Shown: piece by piece, positions 47,473 to 56,786 of the stretch
Position numbering within the stretch: position 1 is the stretch's first letter
Layout of the letters: each line of letters opens with the position of its first letter
Assembly (NCBI GenBank): GCA_021840255.1
Contig: JAKBYX010000006.1
Span: 35,811 to 99,810 of the forward strand
Reading direction: 5' to 3'
DNA length: 64,000 bases
DNA from: Nitrospirota bacterium
Lineage (GTDB): Bacteria; Nitrospirota; Thermodesulfovibrionia; Thermodesulfovibrionales; JdFR-88
The notes under the pieces: generated by a model
Database searches by the model: none
Seen by the model: the letters and a program-made list of their open reading frames with translations, nothing else
What the model was told of the DNA's origin: nothing
Translations under genes and position numbers: made by a program

Positions 47473-48765
47473 CTATCCGGCCACGGCTATCCAGGCAAAG
47501 GCGATGAGCATGGAAAGCAGGGTCACCGGAACGCCCACCCGGGCGTGCTCCCGGAAGCCTATCTTCACGCCGTGAATCCGGGCCTGCTCCACTACTATCA
47601 GGTTTGCGATGCTCCCCACGATAAAGAGGTTGCCGGCGTATGTGCTGGCCAGGGCAAGGACATAAAGGTTTTTGGTCATGCCCAGGTCCATATGTTTAAG
47701 AAGGAGCATCACCGCGGGCACGTTGCTTACCATATTGCTTAAAACCAGCGCGATCACCGAAAGGGCGTAAGGATGGTTTATGTCCATGCCGTGCCCTCCC
47801 AGGTAAGCCACCGCATGCCCGGGCAGCCCGTATTTGACTATGCCGCCCACCACTATGAACAAGGCGCAAAAAAGGGTTATGAGATGCCAGTCCACAAGCC
47901 CAAGGATGGCGCGGGTCGGTATCTTTCTGCTGGCCAGCAGCACGCCCGCCGCGATAATGGCTGAAAGCTCCCGCGGCACGGGCGTAAAGAACATGGCTAT
48001 GAGCGCGGCGGTGATCAGAAGCCCTTTTCTTGTCTGGTGCCTGTCATATGCCGGCCAGGCGCTTTTGCCAGTATAAAGGGCAGCAGGCGGGTCAGTAGAA
48101 AGGGCCGTTCGTTTTTCCTCTTCCGGCCGTCCGGGTGAAACTTTTTTTGTTTTGCCCCATTTCCCCCGGTATAAAAACAGGATCACCCCGTAGCAGGCCG
48201 CAAGGGAGAGCGCGGAGGGCGGAGCGCACCACAGCAGGAACTTTCCGAAGCCAAGCCGCGCCATCTGCCCTATGAGCATGTTCTGCGGGTTGCCGATTAT
48301 TGTTGCCGCGGAGCCCAGGTTGCTTGCGCAGGCCAGCCCAAGGAGGAATGGCAGGGGGTCCAGCCCCGCGCCAAGAAGCGATTCGCACAGGACAGGCGTG
48401 AACGCCAGGCAGACTATATCATTTGCCAGCAGGGCCGAAAACACGGAGCTTACCAGCATGAGCGCGCCAAGAAAGACACCCGGCCTTTTAATGTACCTGT
48501 TTATCCAGATGGCCGCCCGGCTGTAAAAACCCCCCAGTTTCAGCTGTGCCGCAACCACCATTAAAGAATAAAGAAGAAGGATGGTCGGGAAATCTACGGC
48601 CCTGGCAGCCTCTCGCGGAAGTAAGGCTCCCGTGGCGACCATTGCAATGGCCCCCAAAAGGGCTACGCCCGTCCTGTCGATGGCAAGTCCGGGCAGGCCG
48701 CCAAGGGCGATGCCTGTGTAGGTTACTGCAAAAATCAGTGTGGCGAGGCTGGCAAGGTGGCTCAA
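47473..48765 (-). CDS. ArsB/NhaD-superfamily (CitMHS/SLC13-like) anion permease
   Basis: 430 aa with about 10-12 TM segments. GSAATIIGNPQN and GNLFIVGSIANLIV duplicated hairpin-loop motifs. TTG start. Confidence 0.7.
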   Translation of the reverse strand: MSHLASLATLIFAVTYTGIALGGLPGLAIDRTGVALLGAIAMVATGALLPREAARAVDFPTILLLYSLMVVAAQLKLGGFYSRAAIWINRYIKRPGVFLGALMLVSSVFSALLANDIVCLAFTPVLCESLLGAGLDPLPFLLGLACASNLGSAATIIGNPQNMLIGQMARLGFGKFLLWCAPPSALSLAACYGVILFLYRGKWGKTKKVSPGRPEEEKRTALSTDPPAALYTGKSAWPAYDRHQTRKGLLITAALIAMFFTPVPRELSAIIAAGVLLASRKIPTRAILGLVDWHLITLFCALFIVVGGIVKYGLPGHAVAYLGGHGMDINHPYALSVIALVLSNMVSNVPAVMLLLKHMDLGMTKNLYVLALASTYAGNLFIVGSIANLIVVEQARIHGVKIGFREHARVGVPVTLLSMLIAFAWIAVAG

Positions 48766-48787
48766 TGGATTTTCAATTCAATTTAAT

Positions 48788-49081
48788 TTATTTTATTTCA
48801 CCAGACAGGCTTTTTTGTTTTCCTCCCATTCTGTATATGAAGGCAAGAATCTCGGCCACCGCCTTGTAAAGCTCGGGCGGTATCTCCTGGTTCAGCTCCA
48901 GGGTGCAAAGCAGGTCTATTATCCTGGGGTCTTCCTTAAGCGGTATGTTGTTCTCCCTGGCAAGCCGGATTATGGTCTCGGCCGTCTTGCCCTTGCCCTT
49001 TGCGGTAAGCACGGGCGCCTTGTCTTCGCCGCGCCTGTATTTGAGGGCCGCCGCTTTTATCGTTTTATCTTTGTTTTTCAA
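48788..49081 (-). CDS. stand-alone FlhB C-terminal subdomain protein (EscU/YscU/HrcU-family, YlqH-like)
   Basis: AAALKYRRGEDKAPVLTAKGKGKTAETIIRLARENNIPLKEDPRIIDLL...EIPPELYKAVAEILAFIY aligns with FlhB just after the NPTH cleavage site. NPTH itself is absent. Confidence 0.8.
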   Translation of the reverse strand: MKNKDKTIKAAALKYRRGEDKAPVLTAKGKGKTAETIIRLARENNIPLKEDPRIIDLLCTLELNQEIPPELYKAVAEILAFIYRMGGKQKSLSGEIK

Positions 49082-49146
49082 CTCTTTCCCTTTTTTATCG
49101 CCTTATGCTGCCAGCCTGCCAGTTAATGCTTATAATATGGCCCGCT

Positions 49147-50421
49147 TTATAATTTAATACTGATGATATGTTCGCCGGGAAACTCAAGGTGGTTTTTTGG
49201 CGAATCCTCATAATCAGTCACATTTACCGTTCTTAGCGAAAGGCCCTTCCCGCTGAAGGCCTCTTTAAGCGCGCCGCTGGCCTCTCCGTTTACCGCGTCC
49301 CTGAATGAAGGGTCCTCTATCCTGAGGGTGACATAAAACTCCCCGCCGCGCATGAAGACGGAGACGGCGATCTTTCCAAGCCCCTCCAGGTCAAGATTTA
49401 TGAGGCAGGAGCCTCCCGCCTGCCCATCCGGTTTAAAAGCAAGCCGTCCGTCCTTCAACCCTTCCCATCTGGCGGGCAGAAAGCCATACAAAGAGTCTGT
49501 AAGCTTTGAAATGAACTGGAAGGCCCGCATGTCCCTTAAAAGGCTGTCAATCAGTGTTGAGGGCAGCCTGGCGCCCTTCTGCCCTGCCAGTCCTTCTTCA
49601 CCGAATGCGGTCTTCAGCTTCAAAAGGAGGGCCTTCAGATCGCCCTCCAAAAGGGCATCTTTCCCTTTTCCTTTTTCTTTTGCCTTTGCGGGGTCTTCGT
49701 TATTCAAGCCGTCCGCGAGGGCCGCCGAACCTGCCAGAAGCCTTGATTCAAGAAGTATCCCGCTTCCCTTTATGGCCTTTTCAAGGGATGCCGCGGTCAA
49801 CCCCTCCGCTTCAGGGAAAAGAGAGGAGATGGCCGCAAGCAATTTCTGGCTCAAGGCTTCATCATTCCCCGCCGAAAGGGAACCCATCCCCTCCGCAAGT
49901 GAATCCATCATGGAGATCAACCCCGAAAGCTTCCCGCTGAAGCCGTCCCCATCGGCTGCCAGGAACCGGACAAGCAAGCCCGCGAGCGCCTGTTTGTCCC
50001 CGGCCGCGGGTGAACCGCCGGCGGCGAAGGTCTCAAGCAGAAGGCTTTCAAGCTTGCCTAACAGGGCGCCTGTTGCGCCGCCCGTCTCCAATGAGGACTG
50101 GAGCTGCGCGATCAGGCCCTCCGTTTGGCCGGAGAAAACTTCCTCACCGGCCTGCCCGGCCAGTTTCAGGACCAGCTCGCCGGAGGCGCCGCTGCCCATG
50201 GATTTTAAAAGCACAGCCTTGCCTTCCAGACCGGCCAGCGATAAGGCGGTGTTTGCGGTAATGGTTCTGCCTGCTATCTCCAGGACGGCCTTGTTTTCCG
50301 ATATGACCTTAACAACAAGGGCCTTTAATACATCACCTTTGCTGACAACCAGGGGGCCGGCCCCCGGCCTCTGCGGCTGGTCCTTTTGTTGTGGGCCGCC
50401 AGCGATCCTGCCAATGTCCAT
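49147..50421 (-). CDS. FliK-like protein (flagellar hook-length control C-terminal domain)
   Basis: Start at ATG 50421. The C-terminal region LINLDLEGLGKIAVSVFMRGGEFYVTLRIEDPSFRDAVN resembles the Flg_hook/T3S4 domain. The rest is an Ala/Gly/Leu-rich linker. Confidence 0.65.
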   Translation of the reverse strand: MDIGRIAGGPQQKDQPQRPGAGPLVVSKGDVLKALVVKVISENKAVLEIAGRTITANTALSLAGLEGKAVLLKSMGSGASGELVLKLAGQAGEEVFSGQTEGLIAQLQSSLETGGATGALLGKLESLLLETFAAGGSPAAGDKQALAGLLVRFLAADGDGFSGKLSGLISMMDSLAEGMGSLSAGNDEALSQKLLAAISSLFPEAEGLTAASLEKAIKGSGILLESRLLAGSAALADGLNNEDPAKAKEKGKGKDALLEGDLKALLLKLKTAFGEEGLAGQKGARLPSTLIDSLLRDMRAFQFISKLTDSLYGFLPARWEGLKDGRLAFKPDGQAGGSCLINLDLEGLGKIAVSVFMRGGEFYVTLRIEDPSFRDAVNGEASGALKEAFSGKGLSLRTVNVTDYEDSPKNHLEFPGEHIISIKL

Positions 50422-50652
50422 GCTTTTAATATACCTTTTTAAAATGCCGGATGAAACAGACCGGCGGTAAAACGCAAAGTGAGGGGGCGGATGGCATTCG
50501 CTTCGCGGATGCGTCTCCCCGCTTTGCCGGAATGCCGCGTATACCGCACCGGGTCCTCTGGCTGGCCGCTGCATTATGTGACGCGCCCGCGCCATATCCG
50601 CTTGCTCCCGCCATCCTCCCCCGCCACCAAAAAATTCCTTGTATGTATGAAG

Positions 50653-50700
50653 AGGGAAAAAAAGAGGGGCGGGAAGAAAAATTTATTTCTTCCCGCCCCT
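50653..50700 (-). terminator. intrinsic terminator after the large lipoprotein gene
   Basis: 15-bp perfect stem AGGGGCGGGAAGAAA (50665-50679) / TTTCTTCCCGCCCCT (50686-50700). It is followed on the minus strand by a U-run. Confidence 0.8.
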
Positions 50701-50732
50701 TATTCAAGAGAGCGCGTCAGCGGCCAGGCTGT

Positions 50733-53195
50733 TTACTGGCAGTTGACGGTTGCGGTCTGTATCGAGTTGCCGAAGGTGCCCGACGAGCCGGTCGGTGAGA
50801 CGGTGCAATATGAGGCCATAGGCTGATTGCTGGGCACTGTTACGGTGTAGCCTGCGCCCGAGAGCGCCGTGACCGTAATCGTCCCGGTCGTGCTACCTAT
50901 CGCAAAACCTCCGTTCGGCCCGCAGGCGCTGTTAGACCCGTAATTCACGCATACCTGGATGTTGGTGCCATGGGTCGTGTTGCCCGTTATCTGCACCGGA
51001 ACGGAATACTGCTTGCTGGTGGCCAGCGTGCCGGATGCGCTGCCGCTTTCCGCCACGCAGCCGCCGTTGGTATCGGCAGGGCGGGACCACGTCATACTGA
51101 TCACTCCAGTCGTGGGGTCAATGTTTCCGGTGTACGTGCCTACGCTGGCAGGGCACCCGGACGGGTAGCTCATGGACGTGAACGTGAAGTTCCCGGTTGA
51201 AGAATCCACAGAACCTGAAAGATCGGGGATGCCGAAACCCCCGCTTGTGATAGTGAACTGGTCGTTTGTCAATTGTCCGTTGGACACCGTAAGCGTGAAT
51301 GAGCCCGAAGCGGACGCGTAGCCATCGTTGTCGGTCCAGAGTCCGGTGTATGTCCCATCGCCTTGTGAACCAAAGCATGCCGTAACAGTCCCGGTCATAG
51401 ACCACGTGCCGTCCGGATTGACAGTCACCGTGTAGGAATCCCCGCTGGTGTCGGTTGCGGTCCACGTCCCTGCAAGATTGCTTCCCGCCGTGCCGGAGGT
51501 AATCGTCCAATTCAGGACATAACCGTTATCGTTAGTGCCGTTGCCCGTCCATGTCATCGAAGTGGGTGTAGCATTCGAGACTGCGAATGAAAGGGCTTGG
51601 CCCACCTCCGGCCCGTTGCAGGGGTAGTCGGAGCTTGTGGGGGTGATCGTCATGGTGCCGGAGGCGTAACTGGCGGTGCCGCTTGCCGAATAGGTGCCCT
51701 CGCCAGTTGAGCTGCCTGATGAAGAGCTCCCGCCGCAGGAATCTTCAGCCACGATATTTCCAACAACGGCCCATGTGCCGTTTGAATTGATAGTCGCGGT
51801 ATAGGAATTACCAGTCGAAGAGTCGGTCATGGTCCAGGTACCGTAGAGACCGCTGCCTGAGCCCGAGCGGGTCCAGTTCATGATATTGGAAGAATCGCTA
51901 GTGTCAGTCCACTTCATTGAAGTGGCCCCGAGGTTCGAAACAGTAAATGAACTGGAGCTGCCCGCCGTCCCCGGCCCGGTGCAGTTGACGAAAGTGGAAC
52001 TCGAAACAGCTATCGACAGTATCGAGTTGCTGTAAGTAAAAGTACCGCTTGCGTCCTGGACGCTCGAACTGCTTCCGCTGCAGGACGTCGCAGTGCCGGA
52101 AACGGAGAATGTTCCGTTTGAATTGATGGTCGCCGTGTACGTGGCGCCAGTGGATAGATCGGTGTGGGTCCAGGTCCCGATTATGCCGCTGACCGTCCCG
52201 GAGGCGGTCCACGCCATGACGTCGCTGCCCTTGGTCCACGTCATCGAAGTGGAAGAAGGATACGTGACCGTCCATGATTCGGTTTTGCCTGCCTCCGGCC
52301 CGTTGCAGGGGAAAGTGGAGCTTGTGGTGTTGATCGTAAAGTCTCCGGTATTCTGGTCATAAGTGTACGTCCCGCTTGCCGTATAGTTTGCGGCGGACAA
52401 GGTCGAAGTGGTCGACGTTCCGCTGGAATTGATGGTTGTCGTAGTCACAGTGCCGTCGTCGGTGGACGGGGTGACAATGACGGTGTTGGCTATGCCGCCG
52501 GTATTGAGCACAACGGAGACGCTCGTTGTGGTCGGGGTATAGCCCGTTATATCATCCAGCACCTTGTCATACCCTTGCCCGGTGCCGGCCGTGATCGTTC
52601 CGGCTATAGGGTCAAAATTGGATGCGTTGCTGATGCCCGCGCTCGAAAGGACGCTGTTTACTATGGTCTTGACCGTGGCAGCTATCGTTTCCACTACTGC
52701 CGGGGTGGGCGGAGTGTATTTTCCGCTTGTCGTGCCGTTTACAAGGCCGCCGAAAGCCGCATCCGCGTTCGTGCCCTGCACCTGGTAGTAAGTGCGGAGG
52801 ATCATGTCCGTAAGCGGAGTGATATTAATGGTTTGCGTTGCGCCGGCTCCCGCGCTCACGCTGTAGAGGACCTCGCCTTTGGTGGAACCGGCATTGGATG
52901 TGACCTTAAGCAGAAACGGCGGCGTAAGGGCTCCCGTCCCGGAGATGGAATAGGACCCGTCACTGCCGGTAGGCTTTGATGTTGTAAGCGTATGCCCCTT
53001 GCTGTCCACCAGTTCAACCGTAACGCCCTGAATGGCCGTACCCGTGGCGGCCACGCCGCTAATGGTGCCGCCCGATGAACCAGATGGGCCGGATGAACTT
53101 CCGCCGACTCCTCCACCGCATGCCGAAAGCACCATTAATAATGAAACAAACAAAGCCCCGATCGTAAAAAACCTTCCGCCAAACTTACCTCTCAT
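50733..53195 (-). CDS. large Ser/Thr/Gly-rich lipoprotein: CarboxypepD_reg-like N-domain, three or four ~100-aa Cys-bracketed repeats, Cys-containing Ig-like C-terminal domain
   Basis: Lipobox LMVLSAC and AGGAGG RBS. Repeats fall at about aa 273-372, 382-487 and 499-607, and share C(N/T)GP...SM(T/K)WT...NWT..SG....GTWT.TD.S.G.SYT.T(I/V)N.(N/D)GTW.....C. A degenerate fourth lies at about aa 612-713. Confidence 0.8.
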   Translation of the reverse strand: MRGKFGGRFFTIGALFVSLLMVLSACGGGVGGSSSGPSGSSGGTISGVAATGTAIQGVTVELVDSKGHTLTTSKPTGSDGSYSISGTGALTPPFLLKVTSNAGSTKGEVLYSVSAGAGATQTINITPLTDMILRTYYQVQGTNADAAFGGLVNGTTSGKYTPPTPAVVETIAATVKTIVNSVLSSAGISNASNFDPIAGTITAGTGQGYDKVLDDITGYTPTTTSVSVVLNTGGIANTVIVTPSTDDGTVTTTTINSSGTSTTSTLSAANYTASGTYTYDQNTGDFTINTTSSTFPCNGPEAGKTESWTVTYPSSTSMTWTKGSDVMAWTASGTVSGIIGTWTHTDLSTGATYTATINSNGTFSVSGTATSCSGSSSSVQDASGTFTYSNSILSIAVSSSTFVNCTGPGTAGSSSSFTVSNLGATSMKWTDTSDSSNIMNWTRSGSGSGLYGTWTMTDSSTGNSYTATINSNGTWAVVGNIVAEDSCGGSSSSGSSTGEGTYSASGTASYASGTMTITPTSSDYPCNGPEVGQALSFAVSNATPTSMTWTGNGTNDNGYVLNWTITSGTAGSNLAGTWTATDTSGDSYTVTVNPDGTWSMTGTVTACFGSQGDGTYTGLWTDNDGYASASGSFTLTVSNGQLTNDQFTITSGGFGIPDLSGSVDSSTGNFTFTSMSYPSGCPASVGTYTGNIDPTTGVISMTWSRPADTNGGCVAESGSASGTLATSKQYSVPVQITGNTTHGTNIQVCVNYGSNSACGPNGGFAIGSTTGTITVTALSGAGYTVTVPSNQPMASYCTVSPTGSSGTFGNSIQTATVNCQ

Positions 53196-53215
53196 AAAGA
53201 CCTCCTAAAATGGTT

Positions 53216-53231
53216 GTCAACAACCGTTGAC
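53216..53231. promoter_or_regulatory. 16-bp palindrome GTCAAC-AACC-GTTGAC in the leader of the lipoprotein gene
   Basis: Read directly. It lies 21 nt upstream of the start codon, just beyond the SD. Confidence 0.35.
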
Positions 53232-53729
53232 CCAATAAAAACGTACGTGCCTCTAGCGGTAAAACCATTCCCTGTTTCCCCGGCGCTTCCCCATGCGGCT
53301 TTCAAAGGCGGAAGCACCGGATTTTTTATCCGCAAGAAACGCTATCACAGGCGGGGAGCAAAAAACAAGTACGGCAATTACATTTTGCGGCGCAGCCGTT
53401 GCCCTCGTTTACCGCCTGAGGATAGGCTCTTGTTTCTTAAGCAGCTCAAGTAATCCTCTTTTTTTATGCCCTCAAGGGCCTTCAAGGCCTCAATGATCTT
53501 CTGTTTTTCCGCATAAGTCATGGATTTGACGTTTCCGTGTCTTTGTCCATTCTGCTGTTAGCAGAAAAAAAAGCATCTGAATTATAATAAAAAAAGGGCA
53601 TCTGAATTACATCCCTCGAAAGAGGGATTTTTAAGTATTTTTTATGTTATCTTTTAGCAGCTGGGATGGGCGGGATTAATGGACGGTTTAAGAGCAGAAA
53701 CGCGCCTTACGTGAGGGGATGAGCCTGCC

Positions 53730-54776
53730 ATGGCCCTTTCGCGCAGAGACTACAGGGAGGCTCTGAAGAGCATCGATGTCATCTATTCCGTCCCGGATAC
53801 CGGCGCGATGTTCCGTACCCTTTGCGAGAAGTTACGTAAATTCATAGGAATCTACAGCGCAATTTTCGTCCCTGCGAACCCCGAAACCGGGGTTTTCCTT
53901 TTCAGCGGCTATGAGATCTTCAACAACCAGGAAGGGGCCATGCTCGCATATCTTGCCTACTATGCCCAGCAAGACCCTTTCGTTTCATGCGGCTGGTTCA
54001 GAGACCATCCAAACGAGGCCGCGCGGAACACTGACCTTATGCCGAAACTGATAAAAACCGAGTTCGCCTGCGATTTTCTTATGCCCATGGCCTCGGTATT
54101 TTATGTGATTGCCTCCACACTTGGCATCCAGGGCGATACTGTCGGGATGCTGGGCATTCACCGGCAGAAGCGCGAAGGCAATTTCAGCCGCCGCGACAAG
54201 GAGATCATAAATATCCTCCTGCCCCATATTGCCAGGGCCATTCATATACGTGGACTGCTGCGTATGACGGACCCGCGCGGTGGGGATAACGGCGTCATCA
54301 TGACGGACGGCGGGGGCAGGACGTTATTCATGAACGATGAGGCCAAAAAGGCGCTCCGTGGAGTGCCGCTGAAGGCCGTTCCTAACCCCGGCCTCGGCGC
54401 CGCGCCGGTCTTCTTTAAAAACAGGGGGCTGACGTTCCGCGTGCGCACGGTGCCGCTTGGCAATGTGCAAAGGAATGACGGCAGGGCAAAAATAAAAATA
54501 GTGCTCCTGGAGCCGTGCCCTCCCAGGCACAGGATAGATCCAAGGCTCGACGGTCTCGATCTCACCGGGCGGGAAAAAGAGGTCTCGGCGATGGTCATCC
54601 AGGGTTATTCCAACCGGGAGATAGCGGATCGGCTTTTCATAAGCGAAATGACCGTGAAGGACCACCTGAAAAACATATTCGGAAAGCTCGAAATAAGGCG
54701 CAGGAGCGAGCTTGCGGCCAGGGCCATGGGAGTGCGCGCCCATGATGCAAAAAATGAGAGCGCACCGGAACCCTGA
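53730..54776 (+). CDS. LuxR/FixJ-type HTH transcriptional regulator with N-terminal GAF-like sensory region
   Basis: C-terminal LTGREKEVSAMVIQGYSNREIADRLFISEMTVKDHLKNIFGKL. Confidence 0.82.
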   Translation: MALSRRDYREALKSIDVIYSVPDTGAMFRTLCEKLRKFIGIYSAIFVPANPETGVFLFSGYEIFNNQEGAMLAYLAYYAQQDPFVSCGWFRDHPNEAARNTDLMPKLIKTEFACDFLMPMASVFYVIASTLGIQGDTVGMLGIHRQKREGNFSRRDKEIINILLPHIARAIHIRGLLRMTDPRGGDNGVIMTDGGGRTLFMNDEAKKALRGVPLKAVPNPGLGAAPVFFKNRGLTFRVRTVPLGNVQRNDGRAKIKIVLLEPCPPRHRIDPRLDGLDLTGREKEVSAMVIQGYSNREIADRLFISEMTVKDHLKNIFGKLEIRRRSELAARAMGVRAHDAKNESAPEP

Positions 54777-54799
54777 AATTCCAAGGGTATAAAATACTT

Positions 54800-55186
54800 T
54801 TAAGGCCTTGCCTTTTCGAGAAATGATTCTATGGTGGTCTTAAGCTGTTTAAGGTCAAGCGGTTTATTCAGGAACGCGGTCAGTCCGCCAGGGTCCTCCG
54901 CCAGAAGTTCTTCTATGTCGTACCCGGTTATAAAGATTATCGGCACCCTATGTTTAGTAAGGATTTTTTTTGCGGCCTCTATGCCTCCCCTGGTGTCTTT
55001 CCCCAGCTTGACATCCATGATTATCAGGTCCGGCCTGCAGCCCTCCACCTGCTTAAGCGCCTCTTCAACCGAGCCTGCTATTTCACAATCATAAAAACCC
55101 CACGTTCGCACGAGTTGGGCAAGGTTCATCGCGCCGATGATCTCATCGTCCACTACCAATATATGTTTTTTATTTTCTTCCATCAT
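54800..55186 (-). CDS. single-domain response regulator (CheY-like)
   Basis: ILVVDDE...LIIMDVKL...FLNKP. Confidence 0.85.
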   Translation of the reverse strand: MMEENKKHILVVDDEIIGAMNLAQLVRTWGFYDCEIAGSVEEALKQVEGCRPDLIIMDVKLGKDTRGGIEAAKKILTKHRVPIIFITGYDIEELLAEDPGGLTAFLNKPLDLKQLKTTIESFLEKARP

Positions 55187-56337
55187 CTGTTTTGCAATGT
55201 GATCTCAAATTCGGTTCCCTGGCCGGCCCCTGTTTTTATTTTGCCCTTTAACTGCTTGTAAATTATATTGTATACAAGCTTCAGTCCCAATGAGCCGGTT
55301 TTTGAAATATCAAAATCCGGGGGAAGGCCGATCCCGTCGTCCCGATATTTCATATGAAGCGTCCCGCCGGTCCCGTGCAGGCTTATCGTTATCTTTCCGG
55401 GCCTCTGCCCGGGGAAGGCATGCTGCAATGAATTTGATATAAGCTCATTAAGCGCCAGTCCCGCGGGAACCGCTGTATCTATGTCCAGGTCCAGGTCCTC
55501 CACATCAAGTTCGACCTGTATACGTTCAGACATGCCTTTGTAAGTCTTCATGATGGCGGAAGTTAGGTCCGTTATATACTCCCGGACCTTCAGTTTGGAC
55601 AGGCTTTTGGATTTGTAAAGCTTTTCATGTACCAGCGCCATTGACTGGATCCGGTTTTTGATGTCCCTGAAAACGGACCTCAATGCCTCGTCTTCAATTT
55701 GCGCTGTCTGGAGGTCTACAAGACTCGATATAACGTACATGTTATTCTTTGTCCTGTGGTGGAGTTCCTTAAGCAGGATATCTTTCTCTTGCAGTGATCT
55801 TTTGATCTGCTCGTCCATTTGGTTGCGCTGGGCGATCTCTTCCTGCAGAGAGGCTGTAAGCCTGGTTAATTCCGCCGTCCGTTCTTCAACCCGCCGCTCC
55901 AGTTCGGTGTGCGCCTTCCGCAATTCATTTTCAGCCTGTCTGTGCTCGGCCCTCTCGCTGGCTTCAAGGACCGCCCGCTTTACGGCCGGCCCAAGTCTCT
56001 GGAGGCGGTTTTTAAGGACATAGTCCGTCGCCCCTTTTTTGAGCGTCTCTATCGCAAAATCTTCTCCGATCACCCCGGACACAAATATAAAGGGAGTTTC
56101 AGGCCTTTTTTCAACGGCCAATGCCAGGGCTGCCAGGCCGTCGAAGCCGGGGAGCGAGTAATCCGCCAAAATGAGATCGAATCCGCCCTCTTCCAGGGCG
56201 CGGATGTAATCCGCTTTCTTGTAAACGCGCGAGAGCCCGCATTGAATACCTTCCGCCGCGAGGGTGGCCCGTATAAGCTCGGCATCATAGGCATCATCTT
56301 CAAGATTCAATATATGAAGTTTTTCATTCAACTTCAT
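55183..56337 (-). CDS. hybrid receiver + HisKA_2/HATPase histidine kinase
   Basis: Receiver ILNLEDD...LILADYSLPG, a coiled-coil linker, H-box ELHHRTKNNMYVISSLV, and an ATPase region NELISNSLQHAF...DDGIGLP. Confidence 0.82.
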   Translation of the reverse strand: MKLNEKLHILNLEDDAYDAELIRATLAAEGIQCGLSRVYKKADYIRALEEGGFDLILADYSLPGFDGLAALALAVEKRPETPFIFVSGVIGEDFAIETLKKGATDYVLKNRLQRLGPAVKRAVLEASERAEHRQAENELRKAHTELERRVEERTAELTRLTASLQEEIAQRNQMDEQIKRSLQEKDILLKELHHRTKNNMYVISSLVDLQTAQIEDEALRSVFRDIKNRIQSMALVHEKLYKSKSLSKLKVREYITDLTSAIMKTYKGMSERIQVELDVEDLDLDIDTAVPAGLALNELISNSLQHAFPGQRPGKITISLHGTGGTLHMKYRDDGIGLPPDFDISKTGSLGLKLVYNIIYKQLKGKIKTGAGQGTEFEITLQNR

Positions 56338-56786
56338 CAGAATTTCCTGGGGCTTCCAGGCGGCGGCTCGTTAATAATGGCCCAAAAAGCGCCTAAGCCC
56401 TTAATGGCCCGGGCAAACTCATTAAACCCGATCGGTTTTACCACATAGGCGTTTACTCCAAGTTTATAGCTGTCCATAAGGTCCTGCTCTTCACGCGAAG
56501 AGGTAAGTATTACTACAGGAACGATCTTCAGTTGCTCATCGGCCTTTATGATCCGCAGCACCTCGATGCCGCTGACTTTCGGCAGCTTGAGGTCCAAAAG
56601 AATGACCGCCGGGTTCCCTCCGTGGCGGGCGGCGAATGTCCCGCGCCGGTACAGATAATCGAGGGCGTCAGCGCCGTTGGTCACTACGATCACCTCATTG
56701 GCAACATTGAATTCGGCCAGTGACCTTAATGTCAGTTCGACATCATATTTATTGTCCTCGACCAGCAGGATCCGTCCCAGTTCCAT
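56337..56786 (-). CDS. single-domain response regulator (Rcp1-like)
   Basis: ILLVEDNKYD...ILLDLKLPK...VVKP. 1-nt overlaps on both sides. Confidence 0.85.
   Translation of the reverse strand: MELGRILLVEDNKYDVELTLRSLAEFNVANEVIVVTNGADALDYLYRRGTFAARHGGNPAVILLDLKLPKVSGIEVLRIIKADEQLKIVPVVILTSSREEQDLMDSYKLGVNAYVVKPIGFNEFARAIKGLGAFWAIINEPPPGSPRKF

Noticed and set aside
53378-53521. 47-aa minus-strand ORF (MTYAEKQKIIEALKALEGIKKEDYLSCLRNKSLSSGGKRGQRLRRKM) in the lipoprotein-LuxR intergenic region, considered as a possible antitoxin-like or regulatory peptide.
   Set aside because: No Shine-Dalgarno sequence, no partner gene, no recognisable motif, and below the size at which composition alone is informative.
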